From NCBI RefSeq assembly GCF_008831285.2, contig NC_045138.2:25668001-25732000 (forward strand): a stretch of 64,000 nt of DNA. The letters run 5' to 3'. The notes below the pieces were generated by a model. It ran no database searches. It was not told the origin of the DNA and worked only from the letters and a program-made list of their open reading frames with translations. Origin of the DNA: Nymphaea colorata. Taxonomy: Eukaryota. Positions 10,977 to 25,636 of the stretch are shown here, in pieces (the stretch's first letter is position 1; every line of letters starts with the position of its first letter). Position numbers and translations under genes: made by a program.

Positions 10977-11185
10977 CGTTGTCGAGGACAGAAGCATGAG
11001 AAGCTGGTGCCGAGGATGGAGGGTCGGTTTGGGGTGCGGGATGGTGGATCTGAGCGTCAATCGAGATTCCTTTGAAAGCACTAAGCATCAACCGAGAAGA
11101 ATATATAACAAGAAAGAAAGATAGCGACTGATCCGCCGGTTTAAAGGGAGAAGCTCAGAAATTGATAAGGGTTAAACTAGCACAA

Positions 11186-11281
11186 AAGAAGTTGACTTCG
11201 TTTTCGTACACGACTTGGGAGATGATGCCATTTCAAAGGAAGATGACTTTGCTTTCGTAGATGACTTGGGAGATGATGCCA
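11186..11281. repeat. ~51-bp tandem duplication in gene C promoter with W-box-like TGACT cores
   Basis: GAAG(T/A)TGACTT...GACTTGGGAGATGATGCCA occurs twice; single copy near 6950-6990 upstream of gene B. Confidence 0.75.
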
Positions 11282-14200
11282 CCCCAAATCGGTCCGGACA
11301 CCGTCGGACGTACCAGACGAAAAATACGGAGATATGCAGCCCTCCAGACCATTGGGCTGGATTAACAAGCCTTTCAATCAAAAGGCCGATAAGTTCTATC
11401 GGTCTTCCGCGGATAGGACTTCCAAAGTTAGGAAAAAACAATGGGCGAGCAAAGGTGGAATCAACAACAGAACGGCTGGAATACCGCCCATTAGACTCCA
11501 TAGAGTTTGGGCGTACTGGCATTATGTAACGCGTTCACATTGAGGCCTGACGTGCATCTGAAGGGAACAATAGGTAAATTCATGAAGGATGAACCAATCT
11601 CACTTCCCAACGATCGGGACATTATGTTTTGGAATCCCTCAGGCTATACTTGCAAAACTATGTATTGGAATGAGCGCTATCGTTTTTGCGTTTCTGAGAT
11701 ACAACGTGTTTTGAACTTGGCCCACTTGCCAAAGATCTGGACCTTGTGCTTGCAAACCATGCATTGGAATGTGCACTATTGTTTTTACGTTTCTGAGACA
11801 CAATGCGCTTTTGTTTTGAAAACGTAATAGACAACTCGTCGAATAGATACCTGATTACAGTACCAAACTAAAAAGCAGCATATTCATAAAAGGGGTAAAA
11901 TGATTGGACATGCTGGACTATGGAAAATCAGACAGACAGAAGAAGCATTACCGTACATATACAGTTTGAGCTTTTGAAGTTCGAATAGCTGATCCAACAG
12001 TTTCAAGATGAAGAAGCAACAGAAAACTACGTTATTCATTCCCACTAACTTGCAACAATGGAAAAGCGGAAAGTATGGACATCATTTCTTACAGCACGGT
12101 TAGGCCAAGAGCTTAGTAACTCAAAAGATGCAGGACGACTCCTGAAAAGGTCTTTCTTGAACTGCTCGGCCTCGCCAAATGAAAGCAATTGAGCTTCAAG
12201 CCAAAGCAGCACCCGAATGACTCCAAGGGAGCCACAAGTACAGAACACGGATGACGAACTGCGAACAAATGAACGAAGCCCCACCAAAGCATGTGTTCAT
12301 TTCTCTTGGGTTTATACACAAGCAACTCCAAGAGAGACTTCTCTTCTCTAGTACCGACGAAAACTCAGCTGGCAACTAGCGAGTTGGCTCAGATTACACT
12401 AGCTAGAATCAAACGCTCCCATACAAAAAAGCATAACAAGAAGCTGTATTGTAACAAGAAAAAGAGAGAAGACGTTTAAGCTTACAGACTGCACTGATGA
12501 TCATAAACATTTTTTTTTTTGGGTTTCTCCTGAAGGAGCAAGTGCATAAGGGATAAAATCTTTCATGGAGATGAAAAATATGAGAAACAGGTAGAAAACT
12601 GGCAAATCCACCAAAATCAGTTCATCAAATATTACAGGAAGGAAAAACATATACAGCATAAGCAGCTGGTAATGTTATACTACTCAGACCTTCACAACGA
12701 CTTGATTTAGTAGCCAGATATTGTCACTCAAGACATCATAGCACCGTTCCGTATCATCAGGCTTAATTAATCCAATCCAATTGAAATTCAAAAAATATGG
12801 AGAAGGATTTATCATATGAGCAGGATCAATTAAACCCCAATTTCTTCTGAAACAAAACAAAACTCAAACCCAAGGTTATGAAAAAATTGAAAATAAACAT
12901 ACTCGTATTTATTGCTGCAGCATGGTTCAGTCTAGTCCCTAGTGTCTTTTCACATACCATCTATGCAAAACTGTCGGCCAAAATGATTAAAATGAATGAA
13001 ACTCGAGTTATTCTTGTTAGACTAGTTTATTTCTTTTAAAAATGCTTCAACAAATGGAAGGGACTAGCAACTCCAAGTCTTGATTGAAGTGAACACAATG
13101 GATTGAATTCACTCATCCAATTGAAAACATAATATGGTGGAGAAAACTATATGAACCTTTCTACTGTACTATCTATAATCTGAAGGTACAAAATGTGGAA
13201 CTGGTAGCAATCAATCTATGATATATATCTATATACATGTGGATGCAAATTCATAAATTCATTATCACGCATACATATCATGGAGGGTTCTAAAGGCAAC
13301 AGTAAAATAAGCATAGAATACAAAAGACTGGAAACCATAGTCAACATAGAAAGTGATCAGTCTTCATCTCAATTTTAAATCAAATACATAACTGTGATAT
13401 GAATGCATCAAGAATCAATAAATCCACCAAATCTAATGCATATTTCTACTTTTTAGTTTAAACTAAAAAGCATTTACCAAACTTCTAGGTAGTATTGGAG
13501 CACAAGTACCTGCATTCTAAGGTAGCAATTAACAGAAAAAAAGAAAAAGAAAATACATGAGTAGTTTAGTACCCTACTGGACACCTGAGATCCTAAACAA
13601 AGATGAACAGATGTCTACAGAGATGGAACTTCAAATCATAACACCGCTCCAGGGCATATGAAATATGTGTGTGTGTGTGTGCATTGCAGATTTTGACGGT
13701 CATCAATTTTTTTTTTTCGTGACAATGATGAGGTTAACATGTCTAGTTTATGTGCCTTGAAGTACAGAAAATTCAACGCTAGTTGGTCTGACACAGTAAT
13801 GTCAGTTGACTATAAATGAATAAGTGCATACACTTGGTTGGAGATAAACGAAGACACGTGTATCTATGCCGAGAATGGATATTATATACAGGCCAGGAAT
13901 TAGTCGGCTGACCAAGGAATAGGGCAACCAACTAGGCGCTAGTTTGACGCATAGGTTGAACGATAACCAACCAATTGAGATTTTGACAACTAAGATTTTA
14001 TGAACTTATTTTCAATAAGTATGACGGCATTGACTATGATCCCATATAAAAACCAATGATTCCAATTCATGCATCCTTTTTCAGTGATTTTTTATGCAAA
14101 TGGATTTGAAAATTTTGCATTCATCCATACAAATGGATTTCAAATTTTCAAGAAACTAACTAAAAATGGCTGGACAACCAGCCAACATTGTATCACAGAT

Positions 14201-15655
14201 AAATGACGACGGTCGACAAACTAGGGTAGCAGCTAGCATTGAACAGTAAATAAACATGGATGTTGTACATGCATATCTGCATAAATACACCGTTGCTAAC
14301 TAAACATGAAAAAGTAGAAGAAAATTGAGAAAACATGAAAGCTCTTGACATTAGGAAAACTGACAAAATATTGTGTTTCTATCACGTCTTCGGGCCATTG
14401 TTCCAGAAAAAATTAATATAATTTAAATCTTTTGAGATTTCCTTTAAAACTATGATAACTATATTGAATTGTTATGGATGTTCTTGTAATAAACATAGTA
14501 GAAAACTCATTTTACTCATAGTTTTTTAATATATTTTCATTTGTTAAACTCCCAAGATTTTCCACCCAAAAATGCAACCCATACAATCGAAAACATCACT
14601 CATGAAAACCTGAAATGAACATATATCTGTTGCCCTGTCATTGTCTGTTTCAACCAACCAAAAGAATGGCTAAACTATTGAATTCGTAACATAGAACTAC
14701 TACACTTAGGTAGATAAGAGTCAAGACATTCTAAAAATTAGTCAAGATAAATTGAGCTTTTCAGCCCATAGGTTTGGAAATTAAAGCAGCACATGCTGAT
14801 CATGTTCTGGCAGCATGGATAAGCTACATGAACCCATAAATTCAACATGAAAGCCGGTGGCAAGCAACAAAAGGTGCAAGATATAGGCAACACATTACAG
14901 GTTTACACTAAGTGGGCAAAAGTGTTAATCAATGAAAAAAGCTCACTCTCACCTAGGTGGGCATAGTCACCCACAAAAAAGGTTCTAAAAGGTTGTGACA
15001 ATTAACTTTGATTGATAGCCTTGGATATGATCTGAGATTGATCCTTAATCCATGTTAGGAGAAATCCACTGCCAAAGCAAGCAGTAAATTTCACAACCAT
15101 GGGTTTGAGAGGGGTACTACATCACTAAAAACCATGGGTCTGTAGTATGAAAGGGGGGCAAGGGGTCGGAGACCCTACATATCTGTGTTTCTAAAATCCT
15201 TGCAGATCTGCTGTAAGCCTGTAACAGTTGTACTAGGCATCACCAGTTCAGAACTGGCGAAGGATGGCGAAAGTCTATCCGTAGTAAGGAAAACAAGTCA
15301 TTTAGGGCAAGTTTGATTGACTGGGTATTTGTTTCTGGTCAGTTAGTCCAGAAAAGGGAGTTCTTGATTTTCAGTCAGACCCTTTCAGGGCACACAAATC
15401 CTGAAAATCTGTGTGACTGTGTGTTATATGTGTTAAACATGGACATGTTATCCAGGATCTTTCCATGTTTTATTGACTCTTTACAAGCCATCCAAATAAT
15501 CAAACTTGCCCTTAATATCAAGCTTCTACAGATTACAACTTGTGTATCTAGATGGAGGCAAACGTCATATATTTTACACCGAAGCCTTCTGAATTAAATT
15601 ATAGTTAAACAAAAAGTAAATGGGCACAAACAAAGACCAGTTTACGTGTCACACC

Positions 15656-17936
15656 TTATCGTTGTAACTGCCGCCTTGCCAGTGCTGGGGCCTTCTTAGG
15701 GATGTAAACCTTGTAGCTCACCTGAACAAACCATTGCAGCATTAATTTTTGCAGCAAGTTCTCCAATAAATAATCTATGGATTGCATTTCATGACAGTTG
15801 CCAAGTGCAATTTATTCACAAGTGGACAAAAGAAAGACCAACTTCAAAGATATCATATACATACACTCACCGGTTCCCCTGGCCAACTTCAAACATATCA
15901 TATCATATATATTACCCTAACCATGAACGAGAGGATGCAAAAGAAGACCTATATGAGAGTTAAACTGAAACAAAATCACTAACCTGCACCATTTCTCCAC
16001 CCCGCATGACAGACATGGTCTTCTGTTCATACTGTGAGGCCTCCGTTGTCATGGTTTTGCTCCCAGTTTGTTCAAAATTACTTATAGCAGAACCAGAACC
16101 TCGTGAGGCAACAGAAGGAACTCTATCAGTGCCATTAGCCTCCAGATCATGCACCACGCTACTTACAGAAGCGGCTGCTGGTTTCATAATAGATTCTTTT
16201 TGTAATGTTTCTCTTTCTCTCGACATTGTGGTAGGAGTTCCCTTTGATACAGCTGCCTGATGCGGGACCTTCTGGCTTCTGTTCAGTTCAACTGCAGCAT
16301 TCTTATTGACAATGGCTCCTCCTCCAGCTTTCTTCACTTCAGTAACTTTAGAATTCATATTGTTCTCATCATTGTTACAGACTGTGGAAATACGTGTGGA
16401 AGACATAATGCTTCTAGCCTGTGATGAATCAGAATAATTCGACAGGATGTTACCACCAATGCGATCAGAGTCTTCAACTCCTCGAATCCCACTAGGGTTG
16501 CCCCTCCCCAACATGCTATCAGGAATGCCTTCAGCTGTGCTGCCTGTGTTAATAGAGGAAGTTCTACCGGTTTCCTCACCAACAGTCTTTGCCATTAACA
16601 GTGTGCGGCCACCACCATCAGCATGTCCCTTAACAAGAGTTGGTGTCTTTCCCTGCTGTTTGCCGTGGAACCTTTTCAAATTTTCCAACGCCTTCTGCCT
16701 TAATATTGCTTCCAGATCACTGTCATCAGAACTACCAGTATTAATTAAAGTACCGCCCTCATCACCAGCTTGACAATGGTTTGAACCAATTTCATACTGA
16801 TGACAGTTTGTGGAAAAATCTTGTGATCCCCTTCCATCGTGTACAATATTTGAAGCATGTGGTGAATTACCATTTTCAGGATCCTTTTCCAGGTTACGCT
16901 TCATTATATTACTTGAATCATCAAAAAGTATATCATTGTCTGCACCCATTTCCCATCTTTCATTTTCATCTATATATTTTCTTTCAGCAGCATCTTCAGC
17001 ACCATCTTCATGATTGGCGTGAGACTTATCATCTTTCCCAGACACACCATCTTCATAAGATTGGGATTCCGCAAACCCTCCATTGTCCGTTCCTTGATCC
17101 CCATTTCCGTTTTTGACCAATCTACGGGCATCCTCTGTTACTTCCGCTCGATTGGCTCTGCACTCACTACATGAAGAAGAGCTCACAGAACCATGTCTAT
17201 CCACTTCTCTTCCACTACCCTTCCAAGATTCCTTCTTTTTCATTTTCCCTCTCTTAGACCCGCCTTTTGTAACTATTTCTTCCCTCTTTGACCTCCTGTA
17301 CCAGCTTTCTTTATCACTGCTGCCGCAAGTCGAACAGCTCTCACTCGAAGAATAATCGCTAGTAGAACTACCGGATGAATCTCTACGTGATCGTGTCTTC
17401 GTCCTCCTCTTCTGCTTCACCTTACTCGATTTTTTCCTGTATTCCCCTTCGGATTTCCTCGATCTTTTCCTCCCCTTCCTCCGCAGAGTAGAATCATCAA
17501 CACTGCTAGAGCCTCGAGCCCTCTTTCTCTTTGCCTCCCTTCGTCTACGTTTCCTCTTGGTATACGAATCATCTGAATCGGAACTAGAGGTAGACAGAGA
17601 TCGATCTCGGCGACGCTTCTTAGACTTGTGTTTCAATCTCCCGGCCTGCACGTCACACAATTCTCACCACATCATCTAGGATTCCAGAATCACAATGAAA
17701 CACAGAAATCACCGAATCCGCCAAAATAAAAACCCGGAAATGCCTGTCGGAGTTACTCAAAACAAAAAAAAGAGGGAAAACACCTAAACCTAAGTGTTGA
17801 AGTACAAAATTCGAAACATAACTGAATCAAAACCAATCAGATTTCTTCTAATCAAACAAAAGGGTTTGCGTCAGATGCCACTTACATCATCATCGTCATT
17901 GGAAGTATTTTTGATCGACTTAGAAGGATCCTTCAT
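15656..17936 (-). CDS. Uncharacterised Arg/Ser/Lys-rich low-complexity protein, ~592 aa; exons 17936-17886, 17645-15984, 15721-15656
   Basis: Phase-0 GT/AG introns join MKDPSKSIKNTSNDDDD | AGRLKHK...EQKTMSVMRGGEMVQ | VSYKVYIPKKAPALARRQLQR*. Basic NLS-like N-terminus, LEAILRQKALENL motif; the C-terminal motif resembles a conserved plant family of unknown function (from memory, not searched). Confidence 0.88.
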
Positions 17937-18027
17937 CCCTGCAACAGGAATACAAGCAGAAAAAAGGGGGGAAAGGGAACAAGCAAACACAGACAACCGA
18001 GTTAGACGAAAAGAGATTGAAACAAAT

Positions 18028-18036
18028 AAACCCTAA
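18028..18036. promoter_or_regulatory. Telo-box AAACCCTAA near the 5' end of the RS-rich gene
   Basis: Exact motif next to a CT/GA microsatellite (18064-18090). Confidence 0.5.
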
Positions 18037-21000
18037 TGGTTACCATGCGTTAGCTCTAATTAATCTCTCTCTCTCTCTCTCTCTCTCTCTGTGGTTTCCC
18101 AGAATGGGACGAGAAGGCGGGGCGGGAGAGATCAGAGCGCGTTTCTCCGAAAGGTGCTCGCGGGTTATGGCTCTCCGCTCGGAGGAGAAAAGAAAGGAGT
18201 CGCGACAGAGGATGGAGCAAATGGAAGAGGAAGATCCTGAGCCTACCGCCCTTATCATAGATCGGGTTAGGACCAAAGTGTAATGCTATCCAATCCAAAT
18301 AGTTGCTCACTTGCGGACATCGACGGATTGAGTTTCAATAGTGAATACAGATCCGGATCTTCATAAAAGTCCTACCAGAATCACCAGATTACATGTCCCA
18401 GCTTATGATAGTCGGACCCGACGTCTACAATCCAAATCCAAATGCGAGTCCTGATCCTAATCCAATTATATAGAAATCTCATTAAGTTGCATTTGCTAAA
18501 AGTTGGATCAATCCCAGATCCAAAACCTATAAATTTATGACTACCACCATCAGCATGTCCGAGCTTAAAATTTGCAAATGTTAGACCAGCCGTGTTCAGT
18601 ATTTATAACATTAATTTATTTAAAAATATGTACATTTTTTATTATTTATGTATTATACCGTATTTTTATATAATATAATCTATATATATTTTTATTGTAA
18701 TCGGGCCAACCTTAGGCCTGGGTTCGGGCTGCGGGCCCAACTCGACTCAGCTCAAATTTTTTATTTGGTCCGGCCGGCTGATGCCGGCCTATTTAGCCAA
18801 TTAAAATATCAGATAAATGCAAGTTGTATTATACTAAAAAGTGATTTGACGGAAGTGGGTAATGCTATTTATGCTTTAGATGGGAACATTTTGCTTCTTT
18901 TGGGCCCTGGACTAAACATATATAATTGTACTTTATGTGCTTTGGTCACAATTATATCAATTGCCCCAACCCAACTTCACACGTGTGTGTATATGTGAGA
19001 GCCGAGAATTCAATAGTGGGTGATAGAAAACAAAAGGCGGCAACAAACAAAAAACAAAGCATGGAACACATTGCCAAAATGAGTGACAAGATATCCATGA
19101 TCATAAATACGAAACAAAAAAAGTCTGATTGATTTTTGTAGCAGAAAAGTGTTCCCATCCTCATTGCTTCAGTTTTTTGTCGTGAAAAATAAATTGTCAA
19201 ACATTGAACTTCAGAATTTTTTCTTGTTCTTTTCTTTTCTTCAAGTGGAGCACTTTACTTGAGCCAGTCATCAATAAAGGGTGCGGTTTCACGGCCGCCG
19301 AGAATGGTCTCGGCTCCGGTGAGAAATTTCCCGGTCAACACGTGAGGCCGTAGATTGAAATATTCGAGGGCAGAGGATGAAGGGCTAGGCTTGCATGGTT
19401 AGCCGCAGGGTTTGACACAGTCCATATGCAGCCTCTTCAGCAGTCATTGCACATATTTTAAGCGACTTGTATTGTGCAACGCTGGTCAAAATAGGCAGGT
19501 CCTATCCCAGCGTTGGTGTGCACCCAATCCACAAAATTTGGGGCCTTTTTTGTTGTATACATGTTTTCGATCTAGATTCATTAATGATGTGGCCTAGATT
19601 CTTATCCAATTTCCAATATGGTCACCTTCCCCTCTCTCTCTCTCTCTCTCTCATAATTCTATTTGAACAGAACTACCAGTTGAGTTGAATAGTCTTCATT
19701 GGCTTTGCCGATGAATTCATGTGACAAGGACTGTTATGTGAAAAGAAGAATTTGTGCAGTTGAGGTCCGGTGCAAGTTTGTGTACAAGTCCCTCCTAAAT
19801 CCCAGATATAAACAAAAACTACATATAAAGATGGAATATAATGGTTGATTTGATGAAAAACTCCACATTTAGTCGTGTTTTTCAATTTCAAATTATGTTC
19901 GTCAGATCACCAGATTTTAACATTCTACAATTATGTGAAATCATAGAATCCTGTATACATATCATGTTGACACAATTCATAGGGCAATTCATCCCCAGGC
20001 AAGGATGCCAGTCACATTTATATGGTTAAATTTGATTAGAACATAGAAAAGAATAGAAAAGGTCAATATACATTTGATTGTTCAGGACTTAAGGCCAGAC
20101 TTGAGTCACTTTGGAAAAAGACTAGAGAGATGTGTCTTGTGATACGTTTAATATGTAAATAGAATACGAATGTAACTGGTTTGATCGTTCCATTCCAGGA
20201 CAGCATGAGGATAAACGTAAGAAGGCGAGAATCTACCAAGAAAGGACAGACAAATTTGCACCTTCTGCGCACCATCCATGTGGGAACAGTCAATTACGTG
20301 CATATAAGAAGGATCTTCTGATCATCTCTAGTAGATGATAATGGTCTGTAAGAACAACTATTAAGAACGAATCATGCCAGTTATCGTATCATTTCGGGAT
20401 TGCACAGTAACTGGAAGTTTGTTGGCAGTAGCCTATGTTCTGCCCGATCACGTCATGATCAGCTGACTGGCAATGGCTAAAACATGGAAGACGATGATAG
20501 TGGTAATGTCTACCACACAAAGAGATGATGATCATAATGATAATGGGGTCTGCATGAACAGATGCTGCGGATGATGATAACAGCAAATTTATACACGATT
20601 AAGGCACCAAATCAACATTTCTCTCTCGTTTTCTCTTCCCTTTCATTAATCGTGGTCGGCTAAGTATCTTTGACTTGATCGAACAGCAGAGGCAAGTGGG
20701 TCCAGCACCGGCGGCAGACCCCTTTTGTTTGAATCTTAAATCTCAGATTGATTCTCTAGAAAGACTACTTCACCCTTTTCGTCGGCAGAACCATCTATTC
20801 AAATTATCATTTTCCTTTTGCTTTACCTCCTGTTTTGCTGCAGTCAACTCCATGTTTGGATAGGAAAGCGTTGAATTCTATCCAATATAATGAGCTTTCC
20901 CCAACTCGAGCATCGATATACTCGGATTTCTCCAACATTGACTGGTGCTATTAAGCAAATAGTAGATATTGGTTACGTTTCAAATAAAGAAACAGCTAAG

Positions 21001-21629
21001 ACCCAACATGAATAGCTGTGGTTAGTACATGCTTGACTGAGATTCATCCATAGACCATGATCAAACTTGGCTGCCTTTAACATATATATGAAATCTTTTA
21101 AAAGGATTAACATAACCATTTGCATGTTTAAAACATAATTAGCCGTTCAAGTAAATGAAAAGATCTCAAACCTGTGTAAGTGTTTGCTACGCACTAAAAA
21201 TCATTCATATTTACCGGTGGAGAGATGAATTACCGACGCTACTGATGCGGATTTGTCGATGGCTCTTCGGGAAACGGTGGAAGGATTAAGGAGGATATTT
21301 TATGAAGTACCGACGAAGCTGCTTTCACCGGCACGAGGCACGGATATGAGAGCTCGTAAAAGGGAAACGGCAATGAGATCTCTGCCAGCGTAGGCGTGAA
21401 GACAGACGATGAGCCAGGAAGGAGGAAGAACGAGTCCAAGGTCTGTGGTGGGCCTCCTACGTGGCGGCTCAGGGACGTCGACATGTATAAATGGTGTCTC
21501 GTGGATCCTCTGATCAGGAGCCACCACTTGTCACCTGTTTTTCGTGACAAATAGAGAAGGCGGAGGGAATTCGTGGGAAGAGAGGTGCAGTTTCTTTTAA
21601 CCGCTTCAGCCCTACATTCAGAGGACACC

Positions 21630-24600
21630 ATGACGGGCAAAGAGATTCTCCACAAGATGAAGGTGCCCTCTCTCTTTCTCTGATTCAATTTTGTTATTAT
21701 TGAATCAATTGTACTTGTTGCCTTTCATGTGAGGGTTTGTCGATGAAGCTGTTCTGGAGTTTGTTTCTTTGGAATTCTTTTGCTTTTACATGATGCGCTA
21801 CAAAACTACAGTTTTTATGTGATTCTGAGGAAGCCAAAACGATCTCCTTGCCACCGGGCAATTGAAAAAGGGGAAGGGGAAAAGTGGGAACGAGATCTGG
21901 GGATCACCAATCTTTAACGAATCTTCACCAAAGTTTAATATGTCGTGAACAACTATAAAAACAGAAATTTAGGATGCAGTGTTGAACAGAGAGGGAGTGG
22001 GTGATGTTCTCTTTGCGGTAAACTTGGTGTTAGACAATTGAAAGGCAGATTTCTGTTGGTCATAGATATAGAATTTAGTAACATACATGCTTATGAAAGT
22101 GATTTTTCCTTTTTCCTTGCCTTTTTTTGGTTTTGCGTTATCAACATTTCCTGATGGACGTGTGGGAAGGATGGAAGAATATCCTTACAGAGAGCCATTT
22201 ATGTAGGGTCTAATTATATTCATTCAGGCCTTTGTCTCTTTCCTGAACATCTCGAGTTGGTGAATTTTTGTCGCAATGTTGTTCTCTTCTGCAAATTGTA
22301 GTTTAAACTCGGCCAAAATTGGAGAACTCGAGTAACCCATACACGATTCTGTTCGACTAGTTCTCTTCAGACTATATAAAGTAAGTGATAGAACTCCAGA
22401 AAGCAAGTCAGGTTCGTAAACAATCTTGAAAAACAGATTATGTCGACTGCTCAGGGGTTGTAAACAATCTTGAAAAACAGATTATGTCGACTGCTCAGGG
22501 GTTACTCCGCATAGCAGACTAGCTGGAAATTCATTTTGTGGGTCGGTGCATTCTTCAGCTGCTGCTGGATATGGGTAAAGTGTACTTTGAATTTTACTAG
22601 TAGCTGAACTGGACAAATTTGTATAGTTTAGTTTACGAAAAGGTTTCTGGTGGCTTAATCAGGAGTCCCATCTTTTCATGAGAATTGATGGTAATGGGAT
22701 GAAAGTTGTGCTTGGCAACGAAATTTGAACCAAAACCAAGGAAAAACGGATGCAAGTGTGGATCAATCTTTTTTTGTGGGTGAGGGTGGATGCAGATCTT
22801 TATTTCTAGAATATGAAGTTTGACAAAGGATTCTTAAGTTAATCCTATTCCTACATCTTATCTTGTTTCAAGAAAAGCTGGAATCATAATGTCTATGGAG
22901 TTATCATTTATAGATGGTGGTGCAACTTAGATACCATTCTGTTGCTAGTGAATGCATTAATTCCTGTCATGATGCGTACTCTATGACCTTCATAAACCAT
23001 TGATTTCAGCACATTCATATTACTATATACATCCTAAGCTCGAACCACTTAGGTCTCTTGGTGTTATGCTGTCAAATTCATTTCCATCTCCCCTAAACAA
23101 TTCTTTGAGCATTCTATCTGTGGAGTATCCCACTACAAAGTGATTCGATGTTAGACTGCTCAAATTTGGTCATGATATACCGTGAAGTTTTGATTTCCTG
23201 GAAAAAGAAAAAAGGTGTACAGACCGCATTTTCCTTGTTCCCGGTAACTTGATACCATGAAAGTCTTATCTGGTTGTCCTCAAGGAAGCCATTTTACTGA
23301 ACATTTAAGTTGTTAAAAGTATCACGTATTGATGTATACAGCTGTTACATATTTTTTTTTAAAATTACACAGATACATTTGTGGGCCGTGACTAATAATG
23401 TGCTGAATATCCTTTTGGAACTTACCAAGGGACAAAACATCTTTGAACACATATTTCATATGCCGTGGGTATAAATATGTAAGATTCACATAACTGTGAA
23501 GCATTTTCATAATACAAGTGATTGTTAGTGAGCTTAAGATTGTGGCATCTGCACAAAAGAAGTGCATTCACATATCTGTGAGGCATTTCCATAATACAAA
23601 TAATTGTTATTCTGCTTAAGATTGTGCTGTTAGCCAAAAAGATTGTGCAAAGCTGTTCAAACATCAATTAGTTCATCTATTTATGCATTTTCTACTGTTC
23701 CTTTTTAGGCGGTAGCTGGTTTCAGCAGTTCATCAGACACAGGGAAAGGGAAGAGCAAGCAGTCCAGCAAACACATCACTCATGGGTTCCACTTAGTGAA
23801 AGGAAAATCAAATCATGCTATGGAAGACTATGTTGTAGCAGAATTTAGGAAAGTGAAGGATTCTGAATTGGGCTTGTTTGCAATATTTGATGGCCACTTA
23901 GGTCATGACGTGCCAAATTATCTGAAAGCGCATCTCTTTGACAACATTCTGAATGAGGTGAGCTATAACCTTTCATTGAACATTCATTCAATTACAACCT
24001 ACTTGATAATTGGGTGCAAGTGTGAGGCTTCATTTGCTCTTGTCCACTTCCTTGTTGCATGGTTATTCTGTCTCCTGAGCTGAGGTAATGTTTTTTTTTT
24101 TTTCCTTGCCACCAGCCCAACTTCTGGACATACACAGAGGAGGCCATCAAGAATGCATATGAGATAACTGATGAGACGATCTTGGAGAAGGCAGTTGAGT
24201 TGGGCAGAGGGGGTTCAACTGCTGTGACAGCTATACTGATTAATGGGGAAAGGTTAGTGGTAGCAAATGTGGGAGATTCTCGTGCTGTAGTATGTAAAAA
24301 GGGCATTGCTAAACAGCTGTCCATTGATCACGAACCCAACAAAGAACGTAGGGCCATTGAGAGCAAAGGCGGTTTTGTTACAAACATACCAGGTTTGTCA
24401 ACTCTTAATTTGCACATATGTATTTCCTCTTCTCTCTGCATATCAGTTTACCACATTTGATCTGCCATAGTTGCTTTTTTGGCTTTTGATGTGCAACACT
24501 AGCTGTCGATTGATCCTCCTAGGATTTCTTGTCTCGGTTGATCATTAGGAGCAGATATGTACATTCTCATCATGTGACAAAAAGGGGTCACCCGAACGTA

Positions 24601-25636
24601 TGTAAATAGTTAGAAATATTTTGGGCTCCTAGATTATTGTGTCCTCATGGCAGTCTATTGAACTGTATTGAAAGGCTCAATAAATTGGGATTACCCTTTT
24701 GGGTCAGGTCGTTACAGAACAGGCAGGCTCAGTTCAGAGTTTGGAAACATTTTTCTCTGTGCTTGGGCTTGTTGCTTATGTTAGAGATGTTAATTACGAA
24801 TGTGATTTGCATGCGGGGAGAGTTTTTCCTGAATTCTCTGTAAAAGTTCTGATCCTTTGACCATTACGATCTCATTTGGACTTGGTAACTTCAGCAGCTG
24901 TTCACATTTCTCATCAAATTCAGGTGATGTTCCACGTGTTGATGGCCAACTAGCAGTAGCACGGGCTTTTGGTGACAGGAGCCTGAAGAAGCACCTCAGT
25001 TCAGAACCATACGTAACAGACGTGAAGATTGACAATGACACTGAATTTCTCATACTTGCGAGTGATGGGTTATGGAAGGTACATTAGTTTTCATATCTAT
25101 CATATATAAAAACTGAAAAAGACGAAATGAACAAAGTTTTATACAGATTGAAGAGGCTTGACATGATATTCACACGGCTTAATATGGGGAATCGTTTTCT
25201 GAGTACCCACTAAGGGTGAAATGCTCATGTGACTGTCGTACGTGAACCAGGCTTTTCCATTAATTTGAAAGACCAGTCATCTCCAAAGGTTTTGGCACAA
25301 ATATTTGTTTGTACTTGTATGAGTGAAGCAGGAAAACCACCTGAGTTAAGCTTTTGTGTGACTGTATTTCGTTTGGAATCAGGACCAAGGACCTACCTTG
25401 AGTTATATAACATTAGTGAAGTAGAATGGGCTGCTAGGATGGCACGGAGAATTAGTAGGCATGCATAGTGAATAGCGTGTTTTGTGGTTTATTTCCAGGT
25501 AATGTCAAACCAGGCAGCAGTGGAGGCAATTATGCATATCAAGGATGCACAAGCAGCAGCGAAACACCTAACGGAGGAGGCTCTCTTAAAAAAGAGCAAG
25601 GATGACATCTCGTGCATCGTAGTAAGATTTCACTGA
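21630..25636 (+). CDS. Protein phosphatase 2C, clade F-like, 283 aa; exons 21630-21662, 23709-23957, 24116-24392, 24924-25078, 25499-25636
   Basis: Motifs MEDY, LFAIFDGHLG, GSTAVTA, ANVGDSRAV, GQLAVARAFGD, ILASDGLWKV, SKDDISCIVVRF; all introns GT-AG and in frame. Confidence 0.96.
22416..22503. repeat. Perfect 44-bp tandem duplication in PP2C intron 1
   Basis: GTAAACAATCTTGAAAAACAGATTATGTCGACTGCTCAGGGGTT x2. Confidence 0.92.

Noticed and set aside
14930..15560. Faint LINE-like peptide fragments on the minus strand
   Set aside because: Too degenerate to support without a profile search.
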